60,299 nt of DNA, filler included, from Basidioascus undulatus (GCA_000826855.1; 6 parts of 6 records of this genome joined end to end with filler, not necessarily neighbours in it), one strand, 5' to 3'; positions 35,715-49,115 are shown, counted from the first letter of the whole stretch. Translations and numbers: made by a program. The notes: generated by a model not told the origin, from the sequence alone.

Positions 35715-38213
35715 CGGCGGGAGGAACTGTGATACTGGTAGACCTGCACGTTGGTTATTTAATGTGCTTAATGCTGTTTCTGGATGCTGCCGGAGCAGTG
35801 GTGCGCTGATGCCTGGGGTGACGAGCGAAGAAACGCCTAAGGACGTGCTCGCCCCGGCCCATTGCTCTTCCCGCTATCTGCGTACATTCGTGCATCATTG
35901 CTACTGTCTCTTACATAGTTCGGCTTTATCAGATGGAGTAAATAGCGCAAATGCGGCCCATTTGCATTCCCAGTGTTTCGAACACGCCTGGGGACGCAGC
36001 CTGCTGGAACGAGTGGTTGCCTCTGATCAGGCCTCTCGCCATTTGCTCCGCATATTGATTTGTATTCACCCACCTGGTACGACGGAGACTGGCTCATGGA
36101 GAGTTGGGGGAATTCACCGTGGGTCAGCATGAGGCACAGTGGAAAGAGTGCCAGTGTAGGACGCATGGAGAGCCAGACGTAGTCAAGAAGTGCGGTAGTT
36201 AAGGGATATATGTACGACACTTCTCGCCGTCCGCGACCTCCTCGCTCAAGAAGTTCCCGCACCCCCGCCACAACAAAGCGCTTGCGGGAAGACCTTCCCG
36301 TTCGGCGGCGAGGACACATAGAAAGGCATCGGACTCACTTGGTATTCGCTAGAATGGATAGAGAGAACGTCTTCTGCATAGGACTCGAGGACGCCGCCAG
36401 GTCGGCGACGGTACCCGCAGACCAGAATCTGATGACCACCTCCTTGTCCGGCCGGCGTATGAGACCGCCAGGAAGTCTCGCTCAAACAAGGGACGTGATC
36501 GAAAGTCTGCGGTGGGGTGGTTCGACGAGGAAGTGCGAGCGCGATCGAGTACGGGCGAGAAGTTCAAATCCTCACAACAGAGGGCGCGTGGGCAGCAGCC
36601 TTCGATTCGCGTTCGATGAACGATAGTGGATAGTTGATCAAAGACCACAGAGGAATTCCAAAGCGCGGGGCTGAACAGGTGAGAATGGTGGTAAGTGGAG
36701 AGAGGATGTTGAAAACGACGAGGGAGGTGAGCGACGGTAGATAAGGTAGATGTTTGACGGACTCCCGAGCGTACGTATGGAGGCAAATGTCGCTCTTCCC
36801 CACTTCGCCGTCGCGGCCTCTTTCACTGTACTTGTGCGGCTTGCGCTTTTTTATAGAGAAGGTGCTAGGAGGTCTGTCGAGAGCACAAAAGCGGTAACAC
36901 TTGCTATCGAAGACTCTTAAAACTGCACCATCGCTCGACGCCTCTTTCAACCTGCAAGCGACGCAGGGCGGCGCAGGGGAGTAAGCCACGATCGTCCATT
37001 TAAGCATGAGAATAATCAGTTTCCTTCACGGAAAACTTCACGAAAAAAGGCGGTGGGGTGCAAGGGCTGTGACTACCTAGCGCGGCTGCCAGCTGCTGCT
37101 GCGTCAACGAGCTGCAAGATGCACACTTTGCGCTAAGGCTGGCTTGACAACTTTCTACTGAACTTTTTCAAAGAATTTCAAGCAGTCCTGATATATATCC
37201 TCAGTAACGACCTTCGATCTCGACCCAGACGTTTCGGGCACTCATACAACACAACCCAAGCCAGCCTGCGGTCGCCAGCTCTGCAAGTCGCAGTGCTGCC
37301 TAGGTGTACTCATGAGCGGGTGTCGATGCCCACGTTTCTATACCAGATGGATGAGTACTGGTACTCGACGCGACTTGAGAAGAGTGGTCTAGAAAGATTC
37401 ACATCATTCGAGCTTGTTTTACTGTGCGTTGTGTTGCCATGTACCAACAAAAACCTGGGATCAGGTCACAGCTTCGAGGTCAAAGGTGTATGATATGTAG
37501 TTAGGCCAATTTTTACTTCCCGAAATTAACTAACTTGAACAGTACACGAAGGAGTCAACAGGCGTTCCAAGCGCGACATCCATGCGAAACTGGAAGCAAC
37601 TATTCGCCGAGGTCTCAGGTCAGTCACCGTTCGCCCTCTGGAGCTGACATGGTAAATTTTGTCTATGGTGTATCTGATGCCTCAGAGCTCCATAATTACT
37701 GCCGTTGCAAAGTACAGCTCCGATGTACCCTGCCGGCGTTGCGGCTAGCTGCTCAGGGAAGTCAGGAGAGAGACTGGCTCTGAACGTCCCGGCAGCATCT
37801 TGCATGTGTGCGTGATACTTCTGGAGTTATATATGCCAATCCCTACGTGAGTTAGTGGAAGCGGTCCGGGGAGGTCAGGACAAGGGCAATGAGGGACGGA
37901 GGGCGAAAAAAGTTTTTGAGACCCGGGCCGCCAGCCTGCAGAGCACCAAGTCCCGTTCGTAGAAAAACTGCAAACATCAGCGCTTTCCTCCTGTGTTTGA
38001 TTTGCCAAAAGCAGAGACCGTGATACCTCAGGAAGACCTTTATGGATGGTTGATGTTAGCCAGAAAGGCAAGAAACGAATAAGTTTGCATCCTGCTCGGT
38101 TGGTGGGCATTGAATCCAACTCCGCCGCCGCTGTCGCGCAGGCGCCTTCTCAGAACCAACTCCCGTCATCCCCTAGCCCTGCTCGCCTCTCTCATCGGGG
38201 AAAACCCCATGCC

Positions 38214-40178
38214 ATGTCCGCCGGACCACTAGGCAACCTACCCGGGCTCTACTACGATCCCATCAAGAAGCGCTACTTCCCGCTCGCGTCTCGCCCGCCG
38301 CCGCCACCCGCGGGGCCGCCGCCGCAACCGTCAGGCGGCGGGCGCAAGCGCAAGTCGCGGCGCGCTTCTCCACTGCTGCCGCGAACCGATTCGAAGGGCG
38401 GAGTAGTTGATGTTGATGTAACTATGCGGGAGGCGGCAGCTCCAGGGGGGAGGAGGGTGGGCAGGGGCGTGGCCACGATGATGAGCAGTTTGGATCGCGC
38501 GAGGGTGGAGCAGTGCGTCTTCTTCTTTCTAGTGACAGGGAGTCAGACTGGGGAACGCGCATGATCTCCATGGGGCGAAATAAGCAGTGATACGCTGTCG
38601 GCGCTCTATTCCCATCCACGCATGGTTCACCGGCACTCGATAGAGCTGTACGAGCCCAACTCGTCGCCGATCTCGTGCCTTGCCGTTCGTCTGCCTCATT
38701 TCACGCCGACCATCGTCCCTGGAGGAGCACGAGGTCTCAGTCTCGTGATTTGATGCACAGGTCGACCGCGAGCCAGGGCGCTGCTGGGCGGGCACAGAGT
38801 CGGGGTGGTTATATGGGCGGCGCGCAGGGGACGAGGGGTGGAGGAGGCTGATGGGGATCCGGCAGCGGGTGAGTAACCCTCTTCCATCGCAGTGCAAGAA
38901 GGATGTGGTGGGTGGGCGCTTATTGAAGCGTGAGAGAGGTAGATCTCGTCCGTTCATGTGTCGGGTGGGAAGGCGGACGGGCACCCTAAGATACTCCTGT
39001 ACGAACTCTTCATAGGTCCCCATCCATGCATTATGTCTATCCCTCCGTCGTAGTCATGATATTCCTGACAAATTGTCAATTTGTGTGCAGCGCGACGACG
39101 CAAGGCCCGACGCCGGCGGTACTCCTGACGCCCGTTCTGCAATCTGGCTCACATCACGAAGAAGACGACTCGGCGTGCGTCTGCTTCCTCACCATGTCAC
39201 CATCGCGATCGCTCACGATCGGTGCACGGTCATGCCCACAGGCCTACAATTCTCTTCAACCTCCAGCGCACATCCGATCTGCGTACTTCGGCCGTATCAG
39301 GCACCTCCGTCGCGCTAGGCGAGTCCTTACATCCTGCGGTATCGTCCGCAGCTCTTCCTGCTGACGAGAACTCGTTTGTGCCCTTCCGCAGCCGCCGATC
39401 GCCATATCCTGCACTCACCCTCGCCCGCTCACTCGACCTCTTTCGTGCCCATCTACAAGGCTTCCTCGGACGTCCTGACACTATGGCACGAACCCGTAGG
39501 TTGCCTCCTTATACCTTCCTTCACCTTCTCAACTTCACCTCAGCTTAACCTCCCACACTGTGTGCATTTTCAGGGAAGCGTCTACTCAGGCACCCGCTCC
39601 GGCCACGTCCGCGCGCACGACCTCCGCGCCCCGCCGCATAAGGCACGCGAGCTCCTCCAGCTCGCGAGCTCCGCTACGCACATTCAGACTCTGCCGGGCG
39701 AGCGGATACTGTGCGCAGCGATGAATGGCAATGTGAGTCTACTTCGCGGTGACCTGAAGTGACATCGCCCGAGCTGACACGAGCCGAGCAGCTCGACATC
39801 CACGACCTTCGGTTTGTCTCCGCGTCCGCCTCCAAGCCGATACTTCGCCTACAGAACCACGTCAACACTTACACACCCTCCCTTGTTCGTCTTCCATTCG
39901 TCCTCCTGTTCCATTCCTCTCACCCAGCGAATTCGCCGACCCCACAGCCAATAACTGTCACCCCCACGACCTCGCATGTCGTCGCTCGGGGCCAGGACGA
40001 CGTCGTGCGCCTATGGTCCGCGCGGTCGGGCGAGCTGCTACGGGAGGGGCTGTTTGGGTCGGACGCGCCCGCGGGCAGGGGTCACGGGAAAGTCGTGGCG
40101 ATGCGGTTTGAGAGTGAGGGCGACGAGGGGACCGCTGGGGGCGTGTGGGTCAATCTGAGTCGATCCGACGTTGATGAG
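38214..40178 (+). CDS. WD40 protein, DCAF4/Wdr21-like CUL4-DDB1 substrate receptor; 3' truncated
   Basis: N-terminal LPGLYYDPIKKRYFPL motif, DxR boxes (GTRSGHVRAHDLR, LDIHDLRF), and NHVNTY...GQDDVVRLWS. Confidence 0.8.
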
Positions 40179-40278
40179 NNNNNNNNNNNNNNNNNNNNNN
40201 NNNNNNNNNNNNNNNNNNNNNNTTAATTAATTAANNNNNNNNNNNNNNNNNNNNNNNNNNNNNNNNNNNNNNNNNNNN
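40179..40278. other. Artificial contig spacer
   Basis: N44-TTAATTAATTAA-N44. Confidence 0.99.
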
Positions 40279-40323
40279 GAGGGGCTCGACCTCAAGGGCG
40301 ACCTCAGCCGCCCGCCAAGCCCG

Positions 40324-40733
40324 TCCAGCGCAAGCGCACAGAGTCCGTGACGACCTTCGTCGGCGGCGGGGCGGACTCCATCTTCCGCCTCCTCCCGCGT
40401 GAGGCGCGCCCCGCGCTCCGCCGCATGATGTGCCCCGAGCCCCGCCGGCGCGCGACGTTCGCGGAGCTCCTCCGCGGGAAGGGCAACCCCGGGTGCTCGA
40501 CTGAGGGGCTCGACCTCAAGGGCGACCTCAGCCGCCCGCCAAGCCCGACGAGCGCGAGCGCGCCTGCGCGGCGAAGAGATGAGCAGGAGGTGGAGGAGGA
40601 GGACGAGGTCAGCGACGACGCTGCCGACGAGTGGCTCAGCAGCCTAGGGTCGTGCGCGTTCCGCCCGTCCCAGACTCACATCCACGTCAAGCTCCAGGCG
40701 CCGCAGGAGCCCAAGTCGCGCAAGTTCTTCTGA
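40324..40733 (+). CDS. C-terminus of a HAL/NPR-family Ser/Thr kinase; 5' truncated
   Basis: ADSIFRLLPREARPALRRMMCPEPRRRATFAELL (subdomain X-XI), then DEWLSSLGSC...HIHVK tail. Confidence 0.7.
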
Positions 40734-41627
40734 GCTCCCCTCTTCCGCCTCTCTTCCTCCCAACGCCGCCTTGTATCGATCACGACCGCAGCATTCCCAC
40801 ATGATGTCCATGCTTCGTTTCCTCTTCCTCATCCGCTTTGTTGCAATTCTACCGCCCCTTTCAAACGATCCATCGCTTCGTGTAATTCTTCTCTCCCTTT
40901 CCTCTACCCTACGCGCGGATTGATGTTCTCCCGTGTCTGCCTCCTTGTTCTATTCCATTGCCCTTCCCACTCACTTTCTTTTTTCCTTTCCTACCCCCTG
41001 TCTTTCGTTCATTCTTTCAGTCTTTTGACCTCGACTCGGCAGTGGACCTTTTGCCAGCTTCTTGCTTTCTTTCGTTCAACCTTCCTGCACCGTTGCTTCT
41101 TTCTTTTTTCTCTTTTTCTACCCCTGTGTTGCTCTCCTTTCCCATTTCCTCTCGAATCGGTTACCCTACCTGCTTGCTCGACGCACACCGGAGTCACGCA
41201 TTGACAGAATAGAATAATGCATCGTCATGACATGCGTCGCTGGAGGTCATGATTGATGGGGAAAACCACAACGAAGCCCGCTTGGCGCTGGACTGTCTTT
41301 TTTGGTCTTCTCCGACCGCTTTGCGACCGCGAGGTCAGGCTTGGCGATGAGCGTCGTCCGTACCGAGACGCAACACATGACGACTTAAGAACAGGTCCCG
41401 CTTGGCCATCAATCCGGCATGAGGCTCACTTCTTCGCTTTGTATCCGCACAACAAGATACGAAGCATGTGGCCCGCTCCTTCGCCCGCGGCTGGCCAGTT
41501 GCGTCCTTGGCTGCGTGCTGGCTTGCCGCTCTCTTCCAGACACCTCTACCTCTCCTCCAGAGTGTCTTCTTCAGCACCGTCTAAACCGCCCGCAGTCTCC
41601 CTCCTTGTAGTCACATCACTCCAGAAA

Positions 41628-43370
41628 ATGGTTAACGTCGCTGTCCTAGGTGAGCTGCGAATCCATCGTTGGGGGGTTTAGAATATGGATGCAGCTTGAG
41701 CACTCAACCGCCTCATATGCAGGTGGTGCCGGTGGGATCGGACAGCCGTTATCGCTGCTCCTCAAGCTGAACAAGCGCATTACTGAGGTCCGTTTCGCAT
41801 CTTGCCCCGCACGACGAGAAGGTTCACACGCTCTGTTCGGCCTGGCAGCTTGCGCTGTATGACATCAAGAACGCACCCGGGGTGGGCCGTTCGCCCGTTC
41901 TCCACTTTCACAGAAGATAACCTGACCAGGATCAACAGTCTAGGTTGCCGCTGACCTCTCGTACATCAACACTCCCGCTCGTGTTCGCGCGCATACTCCC
42001 GAGGCGGGTGGGCTGAAAGCAGCGCTGGAAGGAGCGAAACTGGTCATCGTTGTTGCGGGCTCGGCCAAGGTGCCCGCAACCCTGCATGCCGAATGATTCC
42101 TTACTGACGGATGTCTTGAACATTTCAGCTCGGCGATCGTATTGAGCTCCCCCTCGACAGTAAGTGTTGTTGGCCGTTGACAAGTAGTAGCACACGTGTC
42201 GTCTCTGATGCAGACTCGTTCCGTATACAGGGGATCAGCTCTTGTCCAAAAACTCCCCTCTGTGCCGGGACTTTGCCAACGCCATCGCCGACAACGCCCC
42301 GGACGCGTTCATCCTCGCCGTCACCAACCCGATCAACTCGACAGTTCCCATCTTCGCCGAGGTGCTGAAAGAGCGCGGCGTCTTCGATCCGCGAAAGTGC
42401 GTTTTCCGCCTTTTCTCGCCGTTGGAGGAGGTTAACCTCGGACTACGAGGTTAGGCTGTTCGGCGTCACCACACTCGATGCTGTACGCACATCTACATTC
42501 ATGGCGGAGAAGTTGGGGGTGCCAGAGACAGTCTGTGAGTTGGCTAGAAACCCAAATGTTTCCGTTCTTTCACTGAAAAGGCATGTTTGCTGAAATTTCG
42601 ATAGACGTTCCCGTCATCGGGGGTGAGGGCTTCTTCAATTCGTTCGCAGTTTGGAGCGTTACAGGACTGAGGCAGCCGCGTCTGTGTGCACTTTGATAGG
42701 ACACTCAAGGGGGACCACGATCCCCTTGCTTTCTCAAGCCAGACCTCACCTTGATAGACCCTTATCTCGCGAGGCTAGCGCGCAGCTCACCGAGGCGATC
42801 CAAAGGGGTGCTGACGCGGTCATTGAGGCCAAAGAGCGCAAGGGATCGGCGACGCTGTCCATGGTCAGCCTTTCTCTACCCCCAAAACACGCTTCGCTCT
42901 GTTTCTAAGGCGTGAGGGGCATACTAGGCGTACGCGACGGATGCACTCGTAAAGTCCATCCTAGATGCGGCAGTAAGCGACTCCGGGACGACCGTTTCGG
43001 CTTACGCGACGGCCGTCTCGGCCTACATCAACCTCGACGCAGATCGTGAGGGAGGAGCAACTATCAAGGAAGCTATCAGCAGGGACTTGCCGTACCTGGC
43101 CGTGCCCGTCGAATTGGGCGTAAGTGCGCCTTCTTGGACGCGTTCTCGCTCATGAGGCTGAAGGATATTCGATTGCAGCCGGAAGGCATTACCCGCATCC
43201 CCCCGCTTGGTCCACTTTCGCCGTACGAGACCGAGCTGCTTCAGCAGGCTATTCCCGAGCTTGAGCAAAGCATTGCCAAGGTCTGTACTTGATCGGTTCC
43301 ATCTGTAGAAGGTAAGACTGAACTATCGTTGGCGAGTAAACAGGGGATACAATCCGCTCGTCAAGTCTAA
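41628..43370 (+). CDS. Malate dehydrogenase (glyoxysomal/mitochondrial-type) family NAD-dependent 2-hydroxyacid dehydrogenase with an atypical substrate loop
   Basis: MVNVAVLGGAGGIGQPLSLLLK, LALYDI, VAADLSYINT, TNPINSTVPI, LFGVTTLDAVR, VPVIGGHS and GSATLSMAYA. TAA at 43368-43370. Confidence 0.92.
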
Positions 43371-44323
43371 GGACGAAGCGTCTCCGCAGCACTGGCACTG
43401 GTGCTTCGATCGTCGAACGATTTTATATTCTATCTGCCGTAATGTCGTGCCTCTGTGGCCGAGCGTGTCTCTAGTGCCTCTCTGTGGCTGAGCGTATCTG
43501 TAGTGGAAACATGAACTCGTTCAGAGTGCCCTTTAATCTAAAAGTGAATGCCTGAACACAGCTCAGGCCGACGCTCTTGGGGATAAACAGTTTCGAGCGC
43601 AGCATGTAGTATCCCATCAGCATGCTGCTTCAACATAGTCCCCACCAACCATCAGACACGAAGTAACCAGTGTATAATACTTCCTCCAGTTTTATATTGT
43701 GGTAACGGATTCAGTCGATGGACATGACAGGCTGAGGTGTGTGGACGACCTGCGGCGGCGAGTGAGGGATTGCTGGATGGCACTCTTGCTAGGCACCACG
43801 GAGGACAAAAAGAATAGGAGGAGCCCCGGTCCCTCTATACTTCAGTCTCTCTATATCGCGTACGTATCCCGCTGTACTTGGCTGTTTGTTGAAGTTGGTT
43901 GAAGGTTGTGCGTGGGAGTCTCGCCGCATACCTCGCCTTCCTTTTGTCCCCACTTGACCTCTCCATTCTCTACATCGTCGCTCAGCCTTCTATTGCTTCA
44001 TATGCCTTCACTTGCTCCCAGGTCGTTTCACCTTGTCAACCCTCTCTTCTCTAAGAGCTCCAAACCCTCACACCGCGCGACCATGTCAATGTCCTTCGCT
44101 TCGTCGGCCGTCGACGTTCCTCTCTCGGCCAACACCCCCGACGAACCAAGGGTGCACATCTCGCTCGCCTTCCAACCTTCGTCCTACACCGCCGAGACCC
44201 CCCATGCCGCAGTAATCGCGATATGAATACTAAGCTCAGATCTCCGATTACCATGTATGACCAGGGTATTGCCAGGCCGTTCCGCCTTCACGACCGATGC
44301 CCAGAAGCGGCATTCAAAAATGG

Positions 44324-44398
44324 ATGGATGCGGAGCTTAGGTTAGTAGATGGATGCGGAGCTTAGGTTAGTAGATGGATGCGGAGCTTAGGTTAGTAG
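44324..44398 (+). repeat. Tandem repeat, 3 perfect copies of 25 nt
   Basis: (ATGGATGCGGAGCTTAGGTTAGTAG)x3. Confidence 0.97.
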
Positions 44399-45175
44399 TT
44401 TATCTGAAGGTAGCTCTCTGGAGCACAACGCTGATGTGGCTCTTTTGTTGACCACTGCAGGTGGAAGTTCATGTGGTTCAGCTCGGCGGAGGACCCGACT
44501 TGCGGCGAAGTCTTCTGCTTCGGCGATCCTAGTAGGGTGCACGGGGAGGCTTCGAGATAGACTTACGGTGAGCGCACCCTGGTTGCCACAGCCTGAAGGC
44601 ATGCTGATGGTCCTAATTTTGTGCCGTTCCTTTAGGTTGGGAGCCCCGAATTCCCAGTCAGGAAGGAGCCCGACTCTGCGTGGGCCGACCCGAAGACTCG
44701 CAAGATGCTCGTTGCCCGTGAGCAGTCACATTCGATTCCCGCAGCGAGGTTACGCTGCTTACTCCAGCTGCTTCGGACAGTAGAGATTGCGCAGGGGAGC
44801 GAGGATCCCTGAGGTACTTCTCAAAATGGGAGCAGCGTAGCAGAACATCATCAGCAGGACTGGATGGGTTGTCTCTTTAAGGAGACCTGAGGCACCGGGT
44901 CAAATGAAAGGCAAAGCATAGATAAGGGGGGACTTTAAATTCGAGTAGCAACCCTGTAACAGGCTGGCACGCCGGGTGTTGCTGTACATCAGCTGAGTCA
45001 AATTTTCAGGACAACTCTGTATAGCAAAGCGGTCGCGACCAGTTGGCAATGATTTTCACAGGACCACAAAAGTCTTTTCAACTTTCGACGCGTTCCTGCT
45101 TCCTCCACGCCATGCATCAGGCAAACCATCCAAGTTCAACACTGACGTTCGCTTCCCTCTTGCCTTCGCACCACC

Positions 45176-46177
45176 ATGTCCTCCTCCCCCACCTCTCCCT
45201 CCCCTCTCTCCGCACCCCCCAGCGCCCTCCCTGCATACGAAACGAAGTCCCTCCCGCTCCTGTCGCACCCGTTCGGGCCACACACGTTCCACCTAACGCA
45301 AGCGCAGAGCACGGGCGAGACGGGCTCGACGCTCTGGCTGAGCGGGCAGGTGCTCGCTGCGTACCTGTGCGAGAACGGCGCGCTCAGCGGCCGAAAAGGG
45401 AAGGGGAAGAAAGTCCTCGAGCTGGGGAGCGGGATCGGGTACACCGCGTGTGTGGGGTCTTTTCTGCTTCGAGACTGATGTGCAGGACGGACTGATGTGT
45501 GGGGTGAGGAGAACAGACTCGCCCTCGCCTCTATGGGGAGCGACGTCATGGCGACCGACCAGCAGGTCGTGCTCGACTGCGCGCTGCTTCCGAACGTGAA
45601 GCGCAATGCGAAACTTGCGGGCGGGCCGGACGGGTGGGGGAGGCTGCAGGTCGCGAAGCTGGACTGGGCTGAAGAGCAGTTTTCATGGGAGGACCAAGCT
45701 GGTGAGTTCTTTCATTCTACCACTTTTCCCTTACGATTCTTACAAATGCTTTAATTTACTTTTTCGGTTTATAGGCGACGATGCGTCTTCCTCAGAGCCT
45801 CTGAAACCCCCATTCGACTTTGTGGGCCGTCTCTCTCCTTGCACCGTCTTCGCATTCGCTCACTCACTCATGTCTCTCAGATAATAACAACCGACACGTT
45901 CTACCACCCTCCCTTGACTCCCCTCCTCCTGAGGACGTTGCACACGCTCTCCACACCGCGGACCAAGCTCTACGTCGCGCTCGAGCGGCGCGACCCCGCG
46001 CTGATCGACGATGCGCTGCGTCAGGCGCGCGGGGACTGGGGGTTCGACGTCCGCCGGGTGGATGGCGAGGCTGTGCGGCGCGCGGTGCGCGCTGGGCTCG
46101 GGTGGGGCGCGGGGGAGGAGGACGGGTGGGAGGGCGTGGAGGTGTGGAAGTTTGCGAGAAGGAGGGAGGGCAAGTAG
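45176..46177 (+). CDS. METTL21/EFM-like protein lysine methyltransferase (Methyltransf_16)
   Basis: TGSTLWLSGQVLAAYL, VLELGSGIG, VMATD, KLDW, PFDFIITTDTFY and ALERRD. Confidence 0.88.
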
Positions 46178-46417
46178 CACAGCAGACGGATGGATGGACG
46201 TGCATGCGTGCTGCTTTTTCCAGTGTGAACGGGAATGAATGCGCGTGTGGGTATTGCGGTAAGGTCATTATGGAGAGTAATGCGGGGTATTCGAGAGAGT
46301 GCGTGGGATGGAACAACGGTGGGGAGTGGGGTGGGATGGTGATGCGAATGTCATGCCTCGTCCTTCAGAGGTCCGCCCATCTCGCCAGTCAATCGCCGCT
46401 TACTAGTCACCCAATGT

Positions 46418-47127
46418 TTAATGAGCTTCCTCCGGAAGACCCAGGACAGTAGAGCGAATGACATACGAGACCGGCTCCGACTCGTCCACTCCCTGGTCCT
46501 CCTTCCTAGTCGAAACGAGCTGCAGCTGCCGATCGAACCCATGTGCGGCTGTCCTCCCCCCACCCCGCACGATCAGCATCCTTCCCCTCCCCGCTCTCTT
46601 TCCACCCATAATCCCCGTGCCCAACTCACCAAGGTCCCTCCACGTCTCCTCCTCATCATTCTCCGTCTGCAGCTGATAGATCTGGACAAACCCGCGGAAC
46701 GTGAGGTTGCCCTGGTCATCGCAGTCCATGAACGTCCGGATCTCCTCCTTCGCCTCCTCGCCGAGCGCCGCGCCGTTCGTGTCCTTTGCCCAGCGGTCCA
46801 GGGCCTCGTCGCCGAAGTAGGCTGCGGCGAGATCGGACTCGGGCAGCGGGGAGGAGGTGCTGCTGGGGGAGGAAGCGTAGCGGAGGAAGATGGCGCGGAG
46901 GGCGGACTCGAACTGCGGCGGAGGGAAAGATTAAGCTCCTCCGTGGATGATATAGGATAGGATGGAGAGAAAAAAGAAAGAGGTACCTCGTCAGTGATGT
47001 CCCCCTCCTCATCCAACAGGTTCACGTCCGAGCGCCTTCCCTGGCGGACAGCGAAGTCGCTCGGCGTGGGTGGCCGCTCGTCCACCGCAGCCGCGACGAG
47101 GTTTTTGATCGGCGAGGGCACGGGCAT
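46418..47127 (-). CDS. Small conserved fungal EF-hand-like protein
   Basis: LLDEEGDITDEFESALRAIFLRY...WAKDTNG...MDCDDQGNLTFRGFVQIYQLQTENDEEETWRDLAAHGFD. The 3' end could extend to 46351. Confidence 0.75.
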
Positions 47128-48628
47128 GTCGGATGGGGAAGAGAGGACTTTAATGCTCCGCCGTACAACGGTACGAGGGAATGCGGAGGAGGTGGGGGTG
47201 CAGGACGAGGACAAGCAGACGAGGACTGGTTGCTTCCGGCGGCTAACAACCTTTCGCGGTCGAAACGCCAAACACTCCCAGTGAGTGAGCATCCGTTCAC
47301 ATTTCAGCTGCTATATCGTCTCTATTTTTATCCTTTTGCCTCCCTTGTGATACAAGCTACTCAATTGATATTTGAACTGCTGAAGGACGTATCAACCTCC
47401 ACCCACTACAATTAACCCAAATGGTAAGCTACATAACCTAGAGTTGGTCGGAGGAGAGAGAAGAAGCAACGACGGCACATCCCTGGAACTTGAACCTTGG
47501 GGATGACGCCGACCATTGCCAGGAGGTCACGGCAGGTGCAACGGTCGAGATGGTTGACAGCCGTAAACTGGAGGTGTATGGGGCTGCATGCAGATGGATG
47601 ATCGCCCTGATCCGCCCCGCAAAGTCGGGGGTTGGTAACTAATACTAAAACTTGGGCGTGAGCCACGGAGATAACTGTGGGCCTAGGCGGAGAGATGGAG
47701 ATGGGTCAGGATCTCGACGAGGCCGGCATCGGAGAGAAACCGATGGGCCAAGTGGCTCTCCGCATGATCGGAAGGGATGGTGATGGCGGCGACAAGGCGA
47801 GAGTACTGAATGGAGTGAAAGAGCTTGCAAACAACCGAGACGCGGAGGAGATCTCGTACGATACGACGGCAGGCAGTCTAGCGTCGGCAGAGAAGGACCG
47901 AGAAGATCGAGAATAAGATCAGTTCGACGGCCAGACCATTAAAATGAGCAGGCTTGGTATGTGGCGGGAGCGCAGATGAGAACAAAATGGCAAAGAAGCT
48001 GGAGGAGAGAAGGAGCAAGCAAAGGATGGGAGGAGCGGGACAGACAGTCTCCGTTTCCCGGAAGCAATTCGAGAAGCTCCAAGCCGTGGAAGGATGAACT
48101 ACAAAAGCCGGGGATGCCCGCACAGGAACCTAACAAGCATCAGCCAGCCATAAGGCCGCAGAACCGATGAGAGATTGAGGCAAGGTAGACATGGAAAGGA
48201 AAAGCCGAGAAGGAAGTGGGCAGAAACCTGGAGATGAAGGTCTGCGCCGGATTGTCCGCGGTTAGGCTTGGCCGACACACGAGCTGCCGACAACGAGACC
48301 AGCGTCAAACAGGCATGGCCACCTTGGCACGGGCGACCGTCCACACCGGTGCAGCGCGTGGCGAAACGCCGAGCTGATCAAGTCGACCGGAAAGAGAGAG
48401 CACGGAGATCGACCATAAAACAGGAAAGGATTTACAGAAAGAAATGGCGATCGGACAGGACACCAGGGGATAGGACTACGGAACACGCAGGGAAAGAGAA
48501 TGTCACACGAAAGGGAGAGCCGCACGCAAAGCCACAGAGTAAGAGGGAACGGTATGATAATAGAGAAAGAACCCGCGCCCCTCCGCTCCCCCTTCCACCT
48601 TCCCCCTTGTACGGCCGTAGTCCCCTCT

Positions 48629-49115
48629 CTACTCTCCATCTCCCAGATCCTCTTCCTCATCCTCCTGCGCCCGCTCGCGATCCTCGGCCTGCGACATCCG
48701 CGCCTTCTCGTCCATCCCACGGCAATCGATCACAAGCACCTCGTGCCCGTTCAACGGCAACGTATCCACCATCCGCTCGATATCCTCCACCGCGACCCAC
48801 TGCGGATGTACATGTCGAGACACACGTTGCAGTCAAGCTTCTCAAGGAGAGAACGACCATTGCGCGGCACGCTCATCTGGCTAATGTAGACGAGGGCGAG
48901 AGGGGGGCGGCTGGGGAAAGTCGGATCGCGTAGAAGTGGTGGACCCAAACGTACTCGGTCAGCTTGCGCTTCTCGATTGAGCGGTCCTTCAAGGTCGAGC
49001 GTACCCGATGGCCGTTTGGGAGCTGGACGCGCCCCCAAACGGCGCCGAGAGGGAGGGGGTCAGGAGGAGGAGGGTAGCCTTCTTTAGTGAAGTACTGACA
49101 CAGGTGAGTCTGCAA
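48629..49115 (-). mobile_element. Possible CACTA/EnSpm-type transposase C-terminal relic
   Basis: WGRVQLPNGHRVRS...YVWVHHFYAIRL...LVYIS...VAVEDIERMV resembles the C-terminal region of basidiomycete CACTA transposases. Frames are broken and no DDE core is seen. Confidence 0.35.

Noticed and set aside
35800..38100. Scattered ORFs between the glycosyltransferase-like and WD40 genes
   Set aside because: No recognisable motif or consistent splice chain could be built.
40279..40547. Exact 45-nt direct repeat (40279-40323 and 40503-40547) in the kinase tail
   Set aside because: The first copy is at the very contig edge and out of frame with the kinase, so it is most likely an assembly chimera.
43450..43506. 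Imperfect two-copy repeat of about 29 nt downstream of the MDH-like gene
   Set aside because: An ordinary local duplication with no further structure.
44324..44398. CRISPR-like array
   Set aside because: The units are contiguous with no spacers, there are no cas genes, and the context is eukaryotic.
47404..47411. CACTACAA as a possible CACTA terminus near the transposase-like relic
   Set aside because: No matching inverted end or target-site duplication was found, and a short match is expected by chance.
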